A stretch of DNA of 64,000 nucleotides from Dimorphilus gyrociliatus (GCA_904063045.1 CAJFCJ010000001.1:2480001-2544000), one strand, 5' to 3'; numbered from the stretch's first letter, positions 11,888-25,723 are shown. Notes: a model not told the origin generated them from the letters alone. Made by a program: numbers and translations.

Positions 11888-13482
11888 ATTCCGTTCTTGA
11901 ACTTGAACTATTTTCTTTCAAATTGGAAAAAGCGGCAATTTAGCCAAAAAGAAAAATTACGTTTTTTCCTCCTTCCTCTTTCGACAAAAATGTAAAGAAC
12001 AAGAATACCTTCGCCTGATTTTATATACTGGAGTAATTGACCTTGCAACCTCAACGATAAACGTAGTTTAAAGTTTAGTATTGTGGAGTCTTAGGTTCAA
12101 GGGTCGATTCAGTTGAATGTTCTTATTTCACTTTGATTATTTGTAACAACATGAAATACATGTAAACAAATTCGTTTCCATGGTTAAATTATATACAAAT
12201 ATATTGAATATACATCATTCAATTAGTCATCACCCTTCTCGCCTCTTACTCTTACCTTACTAATCCATATTAAACCAGTCATGTCTAAACTATTTACAAA
12301 AAAAAATCGTTGTATTTTGTCTTATCCTATCAAATTAATTAATAAAATAATATTAAAAGAAAATGAAAAACAAAATATTTTTTTTTTAAAAAAACAAAAT
12401 AGAAGAAAAATTTTTCTTCTATAGTTTTACAAAGTCAAGTTGAACCTTTTCAGCTTTTTTTGATATGATCATAAGGAATTTATTGATAAACACTAGTGAA
12501 TTGTAGAACTATAGCAAAAAGCCTAGTTTTTTTCTTATTAAATGTTGTATATATATACTGTATATACAATATATTTAAATATTAAAAATGTCTTCTAGTT
12601 CTTTGTTTCAATTGTCATTCTAATAAAAAAAATAGGTATGAGATTAATAATTACGTAATTAATCATTTAATTTATCTTATCTATTGATTTATATCAAATA
12701 GTTAATATCGACTATCCTGTAGGTTTTGGGTGATTCATATTCAAAAGTATATATAAAGATGGAGCTAGGAATGAAAATGTCATGTTAACATCTCAGTATA
12801 TTTCGTACTAGACAACGAAATAAAATATCATAATACTGTAATTATATAATAATCTTATTTACTAAAGAAAATGGGAAATTATCAGGAAATTACAGTCGTG
12901 ACGTTTGACGTCCAACCGCAAATTCTTACTCTTGAGGTTTGTTCTTTTGTTTAAAGAAATTACTTTTTTTTCCTTTATTCTATTTAGTATTCTCTTTATG
13001 AAAATTCTATATAATTGTAGAATAACGATAACAATCGACGTACATCTAAGAAATCACTGCGCGGAACGTTTTTAAAAATGTTTGAGAATTTTGGCGGGAA
13101 AATTGCTGCCCCTATTTTTGGCGTTTACAGTGGAAAGTATAGAAAATCTACGCCATTACCATAATACCATGAACGCTTCCTATTTATATATTCTGTTTAT
13201 CTTCATATAATGCATTATTACGTACTCATTTTACTCTTTGATCTGTTGAAGTTCTGAAACTCAAACGATATTGAGAATCTTTTGTGACAACTATAGATGG
13301 CGGTAAAGAATCCGCCATGTTGGTTTTTTTTCCCCCCATGATATTATTAATTCGGATGTCTTTTTCTCAATGATTTTGTATTAAAAAAGTATAAACGTTA
13401 AATAAAAACTTAATAAACTATTCAAAGTTGTTCAAAAAAGTATTCACAAATCTTTTGTACAGTATATTCAAAGGCAATATCT

Positions 13483-14034
13483 TCATTTGTCTGAAGCTTT
13501 CTTTTTTGATGCTGCTTTCTTAGCAGGTGCCTTAGGACTTTTTGGTTTAGTAGGTGCCTTCTTTGCTGTTTTTGGTTTCTTAGCTCCGGCTTTGGTTGGA
13601 GTCTTTTTCGGCTTGGCCTCTTTTGGCTTTTTAGCAGCTTTCTTTGGTTTTGCTCCCGCGGCCTTAGGACTCTTGGGTGCTTTTGGCTTAGTAGGGGTTT
13701 TCTTGGTAGCTTTCTCTTTTTTAGCTTTTTCCTTCTTATCGTCCGAGAGTTTAAATGAACCAGAGGCTCCATTGCCCTTTGACTGTTTTAAAGTACCGTT
13801 CTTTAGGCCAGCCTTAAGCGCCAATTTCAGATGATTATTTGCTGTTTTGACGTCGACCTTATAGTTCGCTTGGATGTACTTGAGAATTGCTTGACGCGAG
13901 GAACCAGATCTTTCCTTTAATGAGGTTAAAGCAGCCGCTATCATTACAGAGAATTTCGGATGGTCTGAGACCTTCTTTGGCTTTGCTGCCGTCTTCTTGG
14001 CTTTAGGGGTAGTTGCTGCTGCGGTTTCAGTCAT
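13483..14034 (-). CDS. H1: Linker histone H1 (H1.0-like, solitary, intronless)
   Basis: Globular domain HPKFSVMIAAALTSLKERSGSSRQAILKYI...GASGSFKL followed by a Lys/Ala/Pro-rich tail. Confidence 0.96.
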   Translation of the reverse strand: MTETAAATTPKAKKTAAKPKKVSDHPKFSVMIAAALTSLKERSGSSRQAILKYIQANYKVDVKTANNHLKLALKAGLKNGTLKQSKGNGASGSFKLSDDKKEKAKKEKATKKTPTKPKAPKSPKAAGAKPKKAAKKPKEAKPKKTPTKAGAKKPKTAKKAPTKPKSPKAPAKKAASKKKASDK

Positions 14035-14109
14035 TTTCCGTGAAAGTACTTGATATCAAGGGTACGAAGTAGTGAATGGGTAGAATAAAACTATTCTGTT
14101 CAATCATTC

Positions 14110-14200
14110 CTTATATACATTTTGGGAGGTGTGCGCTGATTGGTTAAAAAGCTACCCGACAAAATTGAAGTAATGTAAAATTTTGTGCGCGTTTTGTGTT
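14110..14200 (-). promoter_or_regulatory. Histone H1 promoter: TATA (14117-14110), CCAAT (14143-14139), H1-box-like AACACA (14200-14195)
   Basis: Motifs read directly upstream of the H1 ATG, in the order known for H1 promoters. Confidence 0.6.
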
Positions 14201-17200
14201 CGCCTCTCACATTTAAAAGCGATTTTTTGACAAAGTCGTTAAATAATTAATAATTTTTTTCCCGTCTAACTTTTCTACAATATTTAATCTTTAATAGAAA
14301 CCAGATTTTAATAGTTTTATGTTGAATTATAGAACACTTTTTAGCATTTTTTACCCAATTTTATGCCAACCTTCAAGCGGTTCTCATTAAAAATGCTTAA
14401 TTATCTGAATAATTCCAACATAATTCACTATAAATTTTGTTGGAAGGTAAATTTTAGTTATTACTAAATGATTTATGAGAAGAAAATGAAATATTTCACG
14501 TAAAAATAATCAATTACGAGACGATTGAAGCTACAACCGTTAGCACAGTATGAAAATTTCCCGCCATAATATTGGGTGCATTGTTCCTTCTTTGCAAGCT
14601 TTTAGGAACTTGACAACAGGTGAAGTTACGGATTGTTCAATGGCTAATATTATGTATTAGCCTACAATTTAACATAATATGTTGCCATTAGTAGAAATTG
14701 GTTAGAATTACATAGAAATATTATTTATAGAAGGACAATTTCTTACAATTTATGCCGCATTTACATCCATCACTTTCAATACAGAACTGTCAACAAAACT
14801 GTCTTTGATAACATGACAAACACTCTATAAATCCTTTTTACCGGAACTTAAACCGACAAAAAGCGTCGATTCGATACGCTTAGATCTCCTAATAAATCTG
14901 TATAATAGGACTAATAAGACGATTGTTTGCATTTGTATTGATAAAGTACATGTTAAAAGGATTGAACGCCTAATAAATTTAGGAAAAGTAACATTTTGCA
15001 TTTAATATATATTCACTATATTTATCATTAATTATTATATTTAATGTAAAATAATCATTCTTTTTTATCTATAAGACTATACAATGTTTTATGTTTATAC
15101 ATAAATATATATATATATTTTGTTTTTTTAAAAAACAAACCTTTCTATTCAAGCTGAAACACTTCATTCTTTACAATAGCAAATTAATTGGAAATTTGAC
15201 TAATTTTTATAGTCATAATTTCTTTAGCCTATATACTTTATTATCCCTCTTTTTTCTAAGAGTGTATACAACGTATCACATATGCCATATGCTAAGAGTA
15301 TTAACAAGGATTATTGAGAGGACGAGGTGAAAAAGTCAGTTAGTTGATTGATTTTGTACGATATGAGACAAACTGAAATGGAGAGGGATAGAAAGCGAAG
15401 AGAAAGATTTCAAAGGAGAATGTTTAGAAACGTATATAGACTTATATAAATTCATATTCATAATAACATGGAACACAGTATATAATCTATTAAAATGAAA
15501 ATGAAAATAATTAAATGAAAGAGCTGTGAATGAAAAATAGAATGATATAAAAAGGGAAAAGAATTAAAGCTAAAAGCTAATTCATTCCCCCAAGTCAACT
15601 ACATTTAAACAAAAAAAAGATAATATAACTTTTTATAGACGTAAAAGCGTCTATTTATAAACATATGAAATGTATAAATAGATATTTACAACCTTATGTA
15701 TTGAAGCGTATAACTTGATTTGCCGTACGTCAAGAATATTTTTTACAGTAGTCGTCAACTGCAATACAGAGTTGCATAAATGCAAATTTTTTATATATAT
15801 ATATATATTTTTAATTAAAAATACTCTCATCTTTTTCTTTTCTTATTCCTCTTTTCTCTTTTTCTCTCTTTTCACTTTTCTAATACTCTTTGAATAGTAG
15901 TTTGTCAGAATATACTAGTTTGGAATTAAAAGTGCGAAATGCATACAGATATTTACTATATATTTGTTTTAATTCTATCGATCATTCAACTCTTCTTCTC
16001 TCCCTCTCTCCCTCTCTCTCTCTCTCTCGTTCCCATTTCTATCTTAGTATATATCCTTTAATACATAGTTTATATATACATTGTACACTTATAAATAAGA
16101 AAAGAGGACGCTGGGAGGCGGAAGGAGAAGACCTCTCTTGAGACGACAGAGATCAATATATTCAACTTGTAATAATTCTTGTAATCGATATAGAGAAGAC
16201 TGAAAAGAAATATGAGGTTTTTGTATCTATTTATTAGGTTTATTATTATTATTATTAGTAATTTAATTGTATTTTTGTTTTAAAGAAGAAAAGGAAACTG
16301 ATAGGGGAAGAGGAATTCTTCACTCCTTTTCTTTTTTATACCTTTTTATACCATTTACCGTCATAACAGTGACTCTGTTAATGTGAAAGGAAGGATGTCG
16401 CATGTAATACATTTGTCAGCCAATAATCCATTAGTAAGCTTTCTGTCTTTACTCGATTTCACGGGGGTAGTTAAAGTAGTATACAATGTACGTGTTTATA
16501 AGCATATAAGTGTATACGGTAGTACTAATATACCTTTCATCCGTGAGAGTTGTGCAGCATAAACTATACTAGACAAACGTAAAAAGAGATCTGTCAACTT
16601 GCATCATAATTGCTGTTGGAGTCTAGCTTGACTTTATTATTAAAAGATAACATGTTAGCAAGTTTCTTTTTTCCTGCTAACTACATATAGATATTATATT
16701 GATATATACATTATAAACATATAGTAATATTATTATGTATATACATATAAACAAATGCTGTTTATATTTAAATAATATGATCAGTTAAATGAAACATTCT
16801 TCCATTTGATAATAAAAGAGGTGGAATGAAAAAATAGGAAGAGAAAGAAATTGTTATAAACAATCGATCTGTCGCTTATCCGAGCAAAAAATAATCGATA
16901 TTAATTCTTTGAAGTTGTCCTCGATACATGCACTGTATAATTATACAGACTTCCTATTTTTGCAGAGAAGAGGCAAGTAATAATGTACTAGATGTCAGTA
17001 GCGCGCGTGATTTGCTTGCAAAGATAAAATTTCATCAAATGGAAATCATTGACTTTTTTTTTCTTTTAAAAATTTCAGGGTTATTCAAGTAATATATAAC
17101 TAACATCGGAACAGACAATATCGATATTTATAGCACATGATTCTCTCCCAACTACAGACGCTTCTAGAAAAAACATATAGTCTCCTTTTGTCTATATATA

Positions 17201-17671
17201 TACATTTACAATAAATATAATACACATATGCATTACAGTATAAATTCACTTTTCATAGACTTTGGACTTTTGACAGCGCCGTCTAACGTTTCGCTCTGAT
17301 ATAATAAAAAAAGACAGCAAAAAAAAGAACGTATCAATGAATGAAATTGTTGAAAAAACATGGATTCAGAATGAAAAGGTTAAGAAAGAGAGAAAAAAGA
17401 AAGAAAGACAGAGAGAAAGAGAAAGATCGTGAATAAGAGATAAAGAGTAAGAAGAACTATAAGAGAACAAGAAGTAGAACAATAAGAAGAGAAGAAGAAA
17501 AATTAGGAAAAGAAAAAAAAAATTGAAGTGATAATTAAAAAGATAAATCCCATTTCCCTCCATCTTTCTTTCTCTGTTTCTTTCCTTTTTCAATAACAGA
17601 AATATTTTTGCCTACGTTTTCTTTTTCTTGAAAATGACAATTATGTTAAAAAATTGTATGTTAAATTGCAG

Positions 17672-17703
<32 letters not shown>

Positions 17704-18008
17704 TATATAAATTTATATATATATACAGTATATATACAATACATGAATAATTTAATAAAAAAATCCTCCTAATACAGTCATATTTTTCGTTTTTTTTTTA
17801 AATCTATTGTTTGTCATATGGTTATTACCTAAGAGGCTTTTCTTCCCCAATCGTCCCTTACCTTGAAGACTATATGCAAATAGACAATATATATACAGTA
17901 TACACTATACAGCATATGTAATATATTACTGTTAATGTACAGATTTATATATATATATACTACTTTGTATAAAGTGTTTATGCTTATCTCTTATATATTT
18001 TTTACAGT

Positions 18009-19751
18009 TTATACGTGCTGAGGTGCTTGCTTTTTAGGCCTTGCTCTCTTTGCGGCTGCTGCCGCACCAAAACCACAATAACATACAAATTTCCAATGTG
18101 TTAGATGATTTTTAAGCCTGATAAGGGCATTTCGAACTTTTTTATCCATGGCGGCTAAAATGATTGGATGTGTGAGCGTGTTGGTAAGCAGTAGTTGGAA
18201 GGCGATTACGGTTAAGTAATTCTTAAGCAGGGACTTTTCCAGCGAATCCGTAACGCTTTGGAAGAGAACGGCAACTAGTATACAACAAACTAAACCTGTA
18301 GATAGATATAGATTCGTTAACGATTTACTGGCTGCCCTTAATTTCTCTAGCTTCATTTTTTCGTCGAGCTGCTCTTCCATGGCTGAAAGGGCTGAAATAT
18401 TATCTTTTTGATCTCGAACTCTGGTTGCGTTCGGACCTGTATAGACATCCTCAGTTATTAATTGCTCCTTTGCAGCTTCTTCCTCCCCGTCTTCTTCATT
18501 ATCATCGTCTTCTTCTTCCTCCTCTTCTGCCTCCTCTTCTTCCTCTTCCGGCTCCTCCTCTAGAGCTTCCTTAACTGATCCCAATGAATTTTCTTTCTCA
18601 ATGGGCTCTAAAGCCTTCACAACTGGAGTTTTCATCGTATTAGTTTTTTTAATAGCGTTAGGTGTGCCTTTGGGCGTACTACCACCATTACCCTTTCTCT
18701 TTACAGATGACGGAGGCGACGTATCGTCAACAACAATGGTAGGTATTGAACGCTTACTGTCGCTGTCCTTCAGTTGAGACAAAGATCTAAATTGAGAATA
18801 GAGTTTAGGATTTTCCAATTGATCCTGCAAAGCGGTTATATCAACCGACCACTTTCTGGTATAGTTATAATTAAAATTACTCGACGCAGCTGCTGGCGTC
18901 TCTTTCGAATTATTATTAGCAACCAATTTCCTGCCAAGTTTACCGGAAACTGGTAGGCAATCGTCACCTAGGCCTATATTAGCGACCGTGTGCCGTCTGG
19001 CAGATTTCTGAGCCTGTTTCATTCTCATTTTAAGGTCAAAAGAGTCTAATTCTTCCGCCTCTTCCTCATCGTCACTATTTGATTTGCTCTTTTCTTGAAT
19101 CCTATTTAGATGACGAGTTAATAAAGTCTCAGTTAGTTGCGGTCTACTAATATCAGAAGGCGTTGTAGCATCAGGTTCTTGTTCGATATGGTCCGAAGAC
19201 TTTTTGGGGGGTTCAAGAATCTTATCAAGATTCTTCTTATCCCTCAAACTGACTGCAATTAGGCCAATTAGGGTGGCTAGAAGTATTAACGCGTATAGTG
19301 CAGTAAGTGTTCTACTAGATAATCGACTATTAATCGGTACCAGCAGGCTTACTAATATAGAAACAACCCACACGCAACAGGCAGTAACCAGTAGCCAGTA
19401 TTCCCGGACGCCGCCTACCAATCTATTCACTGCGACACTGCAACTGCACAACACTATTACTGTAAGCGGGAGATAGAGGATAGCGTCCTTGGCAGAGTGG
19501 AAGGCTTGTGGTAGAGGGGAGGAGAAGAATGTGAAAATAACTAATGGCGTCTCAGCCAGACAGAGTATCAAATTGGCTACAGCCAAACTATAAACATACA
19601 CATATTGTCCCGATCGTAGAGATGGTCTAACCAATTGGCAACACAGTAGGCAGATATTTTCAGCGGCACCCACGAGCCCAGTTACCAAATAGACACCTGA
19701 TGCTGCAGCACCTATCCAAACCGACGCCGCCGTCGCATTCGTCGTCGTCAT
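18009..19751 (-). CDS. Highly divergent rhodopsin-like (class A) orphan GPCR, 580 aa, single coding exon, about 300-aa third intracellular loop
   Basis: Seven hydrophobic segments with degenerate class A motifs (AEN for GN, SLAVAN for LAxAD, VNRL for DRY, CCVW, THPIIL for NPxxY, helix 8 DKKVRNAL). Splice acceptor ctttactag| lies 1 nt before the ATG, so 5' exons lie further upstream. Confidence 0.72.
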   Translation of the reverse strand: MTTTNATAASVWIGAAASGVYLVTGLVGAAENICLLCCQLVRPSLRSGQYVYVYSLAVANLILCLAETPLVIFTFFSSPLPQAFHSAKDAILYLPLTVIVLCSCSVAVNRLVGGVREYWLLVTACCVWVVSILVSLLVPINSRLSSRTLTALYALILLATLIGLIAVSLRDKKNLDKILEPPKKSSDHIEQEPDATTPSDISRPQLTETLLTRHLNRIQEKSKSNSDDEEEAEELDSFDLKMRMKQAQKSARRHTVANIGLGDDCLPVSGKLGRKLVANNNSKETPAAASSNFNYNYTRKWSVDITALQDQLENPKLYSQFRSLSQLKDSDSKRSIPTIVVDDTSPPSSVKRKGNGGSTPKGTPNAIKKTNTMKTPVVKALEPIEKENSLGSVKEALEEEPEEEEEEAEEEEEEDDDNEEDGEEEAAKEQLITEDVYTGPNATRVRDQKDNISALSAMEEQLDEKMKLEKLRAASKSLTNLYLSTGLVCCILVAVLFQSVTDSLEKSLLKNYLTVIAFQLLLTNTLTHPIILAAMDKKVRNALIRLKNHLTHWKFVCYCGFGAAAAAKRARPKKQAPQHV

Positions 19752-22700
19752 TCTAGTAAAGAATTAGGTTTTTAGTTGGATTATCACGAACCGTAATGCC
19801 TGACACGTATTCTCAATATCTATTGGGGTAATAGTAAAGGGTAGGAGGAGTGTATTTTTCAAACCTAATCTAATCCTTTTATTAAGCTCACGTCATACGT
19901 TTCTAAAGAGTAAGGGAATCGTAAAGATATAGACAGAAGGCACAGGAGTTGAAATAAACTGGATAGTGAGTCTGTTAGACATACTGTATAGTAGTTAATT
20001 TTATTATTACTTTGCACTTTTACATAAAAAGGGTCAACTTGGGACGTAACTAGTAGAACTAGTAAAAAAAAAACTGAATATAGTATAGGTTTATATAGTT
20101 AAGTAATGGAGATAAAATGATAAAAGAAGATAGGTAGCCAAGAGAGAGAGAGAGAGAGAAATGAAAAAAAATAGAGAAGAGAGACAGAGAAAGCTAGTGT
20201 GTTAGGAGCGAAGGAAAGACAGAGAGAAAGAGAGAAAGAGAGGAAGAGAGAGAAGGAAAGAGGCGGATAGGAAAGCTATAGGCCTGATTTAATTAATTTG
20301 CTTGACTTCTTCCCGTATATCGTGATTCGCTAACGAAATAGAATATACTGGTATGAGGGTTCTTTTTTCCTTAATTTTGTCTTTGTAGTTTTTTTTTCCT
20401 GTTTTTTTTTTCTTTTTTTGTTTAACTCTACAAAATTTTTCCTAATGGAATGATCATTATTACAACACTTTATCTATATAATTATTTAGAAGAAGGAAAG
20501 TCGAAGAAAATTAGGTTTGTATAGCAATTAGCGTGAGATCGTTTTTCTTCAAAGTTGCCTTGACTCTGAGAAGAAAAGAAAAAAGTTTGCATGGGGGAAA
20601 AAAAAATGGAAAACAATTAGTATCCTATCTTACGTTAATCATTATATTATAAATAATATCGGGTTTTAGCAAGACCGTAATATATAGACAAAAGGATATA
20701 AGGAATATGTAGTAACTTTACTATTATAGTCACCTAATTTTGTTAATAAAATATAATTAGGGCCTATAAAAAGAATCTGAAGAACGGACAAAGGAAGGTT
20801 TGTGTTGCCTCAAGAATTATTCGAAAATATTCAATTGAATATAACTCTATATTAGGATCTTGTCTCGAAGGTTGTTTTCCCTTATCTTTTACTCTTTCTT
20901 TCATTCTTCCTTCCTCAAAACCTTACACCACAGAGACGTAAACATCACGTAGAGACACCCAGTATACTACGAAGTCTAATACATATACTCTCTAGCATTA
21001 TAAACAGTATATACAGAGGAAATATCTTTCTTATTAACTTGCATACTGGCTCTCTCTTTCCGTCTACCTTCTTCATTAATGCAAACAGACATACATAAAC
21101 TCGGGTTATCGCCTTATTGCTTACGGCGTTTGCGCTTCACTAAAAAAGAGGGAAAAGGGCGGAAAAATAAAAAACAATGTAAATATTGTATATCGCGATC
21201 ATAAGCTAATGACATGCGCCACCATACGACGACATTTCATCCGCATTGTATACCAATCAGAATATGCCAAACGTACATACTCGGTTCTGTTCTCTCAATT
21301 CTTTCAATCACGCTCCTGTCCTTTTTAAACGCCCACTGCACCTGCTAAGGTTTATATAATAACTCCAAGTGCATACATTCTATCAACCTTTTCTTTCTAT
21401 TTTTAATCTGACGCCTCTTTTCTTTGAGCAAGTCTCTTTGTCTATTCCTCTATGTTATTGGTGAGTGTAATCACAGTATAAATTCATTCAACCACTACAT
21501 TGAACTATAGTACAAAGAGCGTCGCCAAATTCTATCCGTTTACTTAAATAAGTAAGGCAGGCTTGATTGGACTATAACGCGAATGTTATAAACCTGCAAC
21601 GGATCTAATGAAGGAAGATAATCGGATTTTGTTTTCATCACTTCTATCTTCAGGAAAACAAAACTCACTAAATGATTCCTCTTGTTTTTTTTTCTTTGCT
21701 TTTGTGTATCTACGATAAATCCTCTTCTTTCAATTCTACTTTCAACTTTTCCTAAGGGCTATTCGATAGGCGGCGCTGCTAATTTTCACTAAATTGACCG
21801 GTTGTTTATTTGTTTAAATTTAAACGGTATTAGAGAAGAGAAAGCTTTTTTTCTTTTTCTCTCTCAATTTTCCCAAAAGCCGTTTCCTTTCGGATAGAAA
21901 AACCTTATTTTTCGCTATAAAAACTCTTTTGATGTTTTAAAACAACTTCCCTTATGATATTAAAAAAAAAGAAATGTCTAATTCCTATTAATATATATAA
22001 ATATCTCTCTATAGGCTTAAAAAGTACTTTTTTAACATTCTAGCATTAGAAGCCTTTTGAATATAATTAAAATGAAGTCAATTTATGACGTCATGTCAGC
22101 TGTCAAGTTTTTGAAGAACGAGAAAGCGAAAAAATTGTAAAAGATTTCAAAGAAAGACACAAAAAAATAGAATCAAAGAAGAAGTAGGAGAAAGATACGA
22201 AATAGTAAAATAGGGGAAAAGAGGTTGAAGAAGGGAAGGCATGGCAAGGATAAGGAGAAAAAGAGAAATTGGAATAATAATAGCTAAAAATGAAGATGAT
22301 ATTACAAATATTTTAATTAAAGTGAAGTAAAAAGAATTTTTCTTTAAAAAAAAAAAGTAAATAAAAAAAATCCATTGCCTGATGTTTTTCTTTCTAATTT
22401 CCTATGTATATCTCGGTGCTAATACTTTATAAAAGCCTTACCTTTATTTATAAACTATGGGCGTTTTAGGACGTTTCGTTATTGGACAGCACAGATTCTT
22501 TTGTACAAAACATAGAAAGAGGCGGAAGTAATCGATGCCTCAATCATAAATACTTTCGAACACATGCCAGAAAAAGCTATAGGGCTTGATGACGTCACGA
22601 AACAATCATTTCTAGATTACATTCTCTCTCTCTGTCTTTTATACATGTGTAGTATTGAGTTGTATATCCAAATGGGTGTAACAATATAAATATAGTATAT

Positions 22701-23376
22701 GTAGTACAGTCAGTACAGAAAGAGAACATATATATATATTTATATACAGAATATATATATATAATATATGTTTGCCATGTTTATCACCAGCTGGGATCTT
22801 GTAGTACAATATTTGTAAATTCGTTTAATCATTTACAAAGAGTTACGTAAACAATTTGGCAATGAAAAAAAAAAAGTGAATTTTTTTGACACGAGATATG
22901 AACGGGAAGAAAAATATTAACCTATTCGATAGATGAAAGTGTTGCCAGCGGAGATTTTTCCCTACCAATTAGTACGTGCATAAGATGAAGGTTCTGGGCA
23001 TCGTTTGCTCATATAAGGAGCTTGAGTGTTTCCCTTGGCATATCTTACTCTCTACTTCTCTTACTTTCCTTATTTTTCCCCCTTTTTAAGCATAACCACT
23101 AATATTTTACTATCGCTACTCTGCTCAACTGTAAACTTTCTCACGTATAATTTTTTTTCGTATTAGTCACACCCTAATGGCTTATTCTCTTATGTATATA
23201 TACGCTTTCGAAGCTCGATTATCCCATAGCTACATAATCCTATGAAAATCCTGCATTTCTCTCTCGAATGCGTGTTATACTCAAGGACTTTTATAAAAAT
23301 GCTTTTCTCATTAATATTTCCGCGTGGAAAGAAAAGGGTTTGCTAAGGTAAGTAAAAGACATACGATATGATGTGG

Positions 23377-23388
23377 TGTCACGTGACA
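23377..23388. promoter_or_regulatory. Palindromic E-box / CLEAR-type site TGTCACGTGACA
   Basis: Perfect 12-bp palindrome containing GTCACGTGAC. Confidence 0.4.
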
Positions 23389-25709
23389 CTAAGGGCGCCA
23401 TCTGAGCTCAAGTATTCGGGGGAGAATCACATGGTTACTTATCCTGTGTTAATTAAAAAGAGTAGAAGGAAGGATGAACTAAATGAAACCTACCGCCCTT
23501 TTTTCTCTACATAACTCATTCATTCAGGCCCTCCCTCTTGTTGGAAATCTCTATGATTATTTCTACTCTTTAGCATTCCCCTTATCAATTTATCCATCTG
23601 TCAATCAGTTTATCCTCCTACCTGTCTATCAACTTATCTTTCAATCTTTTGCATTTCCCTCCTTTCTTCTGCATCTCTGGAGAGATGTATACATATTTGA
23701 GCTTATTTACAAACATATGCTTACGCTCAGCACATATTGATGCATCGTTATCAATATTCCTTTTGCCCATGTTTAAACCATCAACCATATTTATCATCCT
23801 ACTCCTTATGACTATCTCTTTTCCACCTATGTTGGATTTTTACCCCCACACAGCCTAAGGAATTATTTATCATTCGCAACGAGTCACTAACGATTAAATG
23901 AAAAACTTTAATTCTTATCAAAGAAAAACTTTCATTCTATTCATATATCACGAACTTTCTTTCAATTAGGTTTTTGAGATCCTAATGCTGATTTAAGCAG
24001 AGTATAACATTTAAATTTATAACTCGACTTCCAATTATCGAATTAGTATAACTCTACTTCTAGTAAAAATAAATGTCAAGCTGAGTTTATTCAAAGTATT
24101 CTCACCCTTTCTCTTCTCTCTCTCTTTTTTTTGCTCCCCCTCCCCCTTCTTTCTTTCTCTCTCTCTCTCTCTCTCTCTCTTTCCCTTTTCGCTCTCCTCT
24201 ACATTTAACCACTACTTAGATCTAATGATAATTGATGTCGTATGCACTCAAAATTTTTTTCTACGTGCTCTCTAATTACACCGAATAAAAGACGTTTTTT
24301 AATAAGACTGTTGTCCAAAAAGATGTTGAAAATAATGCTTGTTTATGAAATTTGCATATTAATGAATAATAGTAATAAAGGAGTTTTTTTTCTTTTCATA
24401 TATCTCTTCAAGTTATAGAAATTATAAAAGAAAATTGTGCTAGAGAATTCTTTTCAAGAGAAAAAAAACGAGACGAAAGGTTAGAGGAAATATGATATTC
24501 AACTAGAGAAGATGAACGTACGTTAGCCGTAAGAGAAAGGCGTTAAATTGAAGATTGTATGTAGTATTTTTCTGTATCATTAGTGTAGAAAAAGGAGGCT
24601 CTACTTTGTCGGTGTAAATTGAGTTTATAATGGTTTGATATAACTCACTAGAGTGCAAAGTTAAAGACGTTTGCCTTTTTCCCATTACATAATATTCTCT
24701 TCTCTTTATCTTTCTTCTTTTTTCATTCTCTTATCAATTAAAATGAAAAAAAATAATCGATTTAATAATATGAAGAGAGAGAGAGAGAGAGAGAGAAAGA
24801 ATGGGAAATGGAGGGGGAGAGTGAAAGATAGTCAGACAGAAATTGACTTTTAACAGATAATAATAGTATTTTGATGGTTGTGTCTTGTTCTATTGATTAT
24901 GAAGAGAAGGTCAACCAAGTATCATTTCGTTACAGTTAAACAATCTACACCAGAAGGCAATTTGCGATTTATAACATTTAGTATTTTTGATCAAAATCAT
25001 TAAAATATTTTCTGTCTAATCCATATTGGAAAAATATAATTAAGGAGGGTAGAGAAGAGGAAGAAGAAGGGAAAAAAGACTATAGGAAGGTGGGCTTTGA
25101 ATAAAAGCTACAATTAAATTTTGGAACGTGTCTGCACACATAACAAGATCAAACTTTTTATCGGATACACTAATCGATAATTTGGTAAATAAGCTCGTTG
25201 AGAATGTGTTTATCATTATTTCTTTCGAAACCCAATAAAAGAGAATAGTTTAATAGATTTTTTTTGGCTTTAGTAAGCCTATTCCCAGAGATAAACGCCA
25301 CCGTATATTCTTCTATATTCAATAGTAATAGTTAGAAGGATCTTAACTGACTGTTGTCAGTCTTCTCTATTGTTCACCGGCGATCATTTGAAAGAGAGAT
25401 TACTATCACGTGATTTAAAGTACTCTTCTCACGTATTCTGGTTCCTTTTTTTTTCCATCTTACCATTTCTTCATCAACTTTTATGAATAATAATACTAAT
25501 ACTATTGCTATTATTAACAGTAGGATGTTTGTTATTGGTAAAAGTTATTTATTTTATTATTACGTAATATTAAACTGTATAACTTTATAAAAAAAAAATA
25601 CCGGTAATCTAACACAGTCTTTCATTTCTTTGCAAATAGGAAATAACAATATTTTAATATATTTCATTTTAAAGTACATAGAAAAAAAAAATTTCGTTTG
25701 AATGCTCGA

Positions 25710-25723
25710 GTTGTCATGGCAAC
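25710..25723. promoter_or_regulatory. RFX X-box (GTTGTCATGGCAAC)
   Basis: Full match to the GTHNYY-AT-RRNAAC X-box consensus. Confidence 0.45.

Noticed and set aside
13422-13834. ORFs 13422..13772 (-) and 13487..13834 (+)
   Set aside because: Alternative-frame and antisense shadows of the repetitive Lys/Ala/Pro-rich H1 tail.
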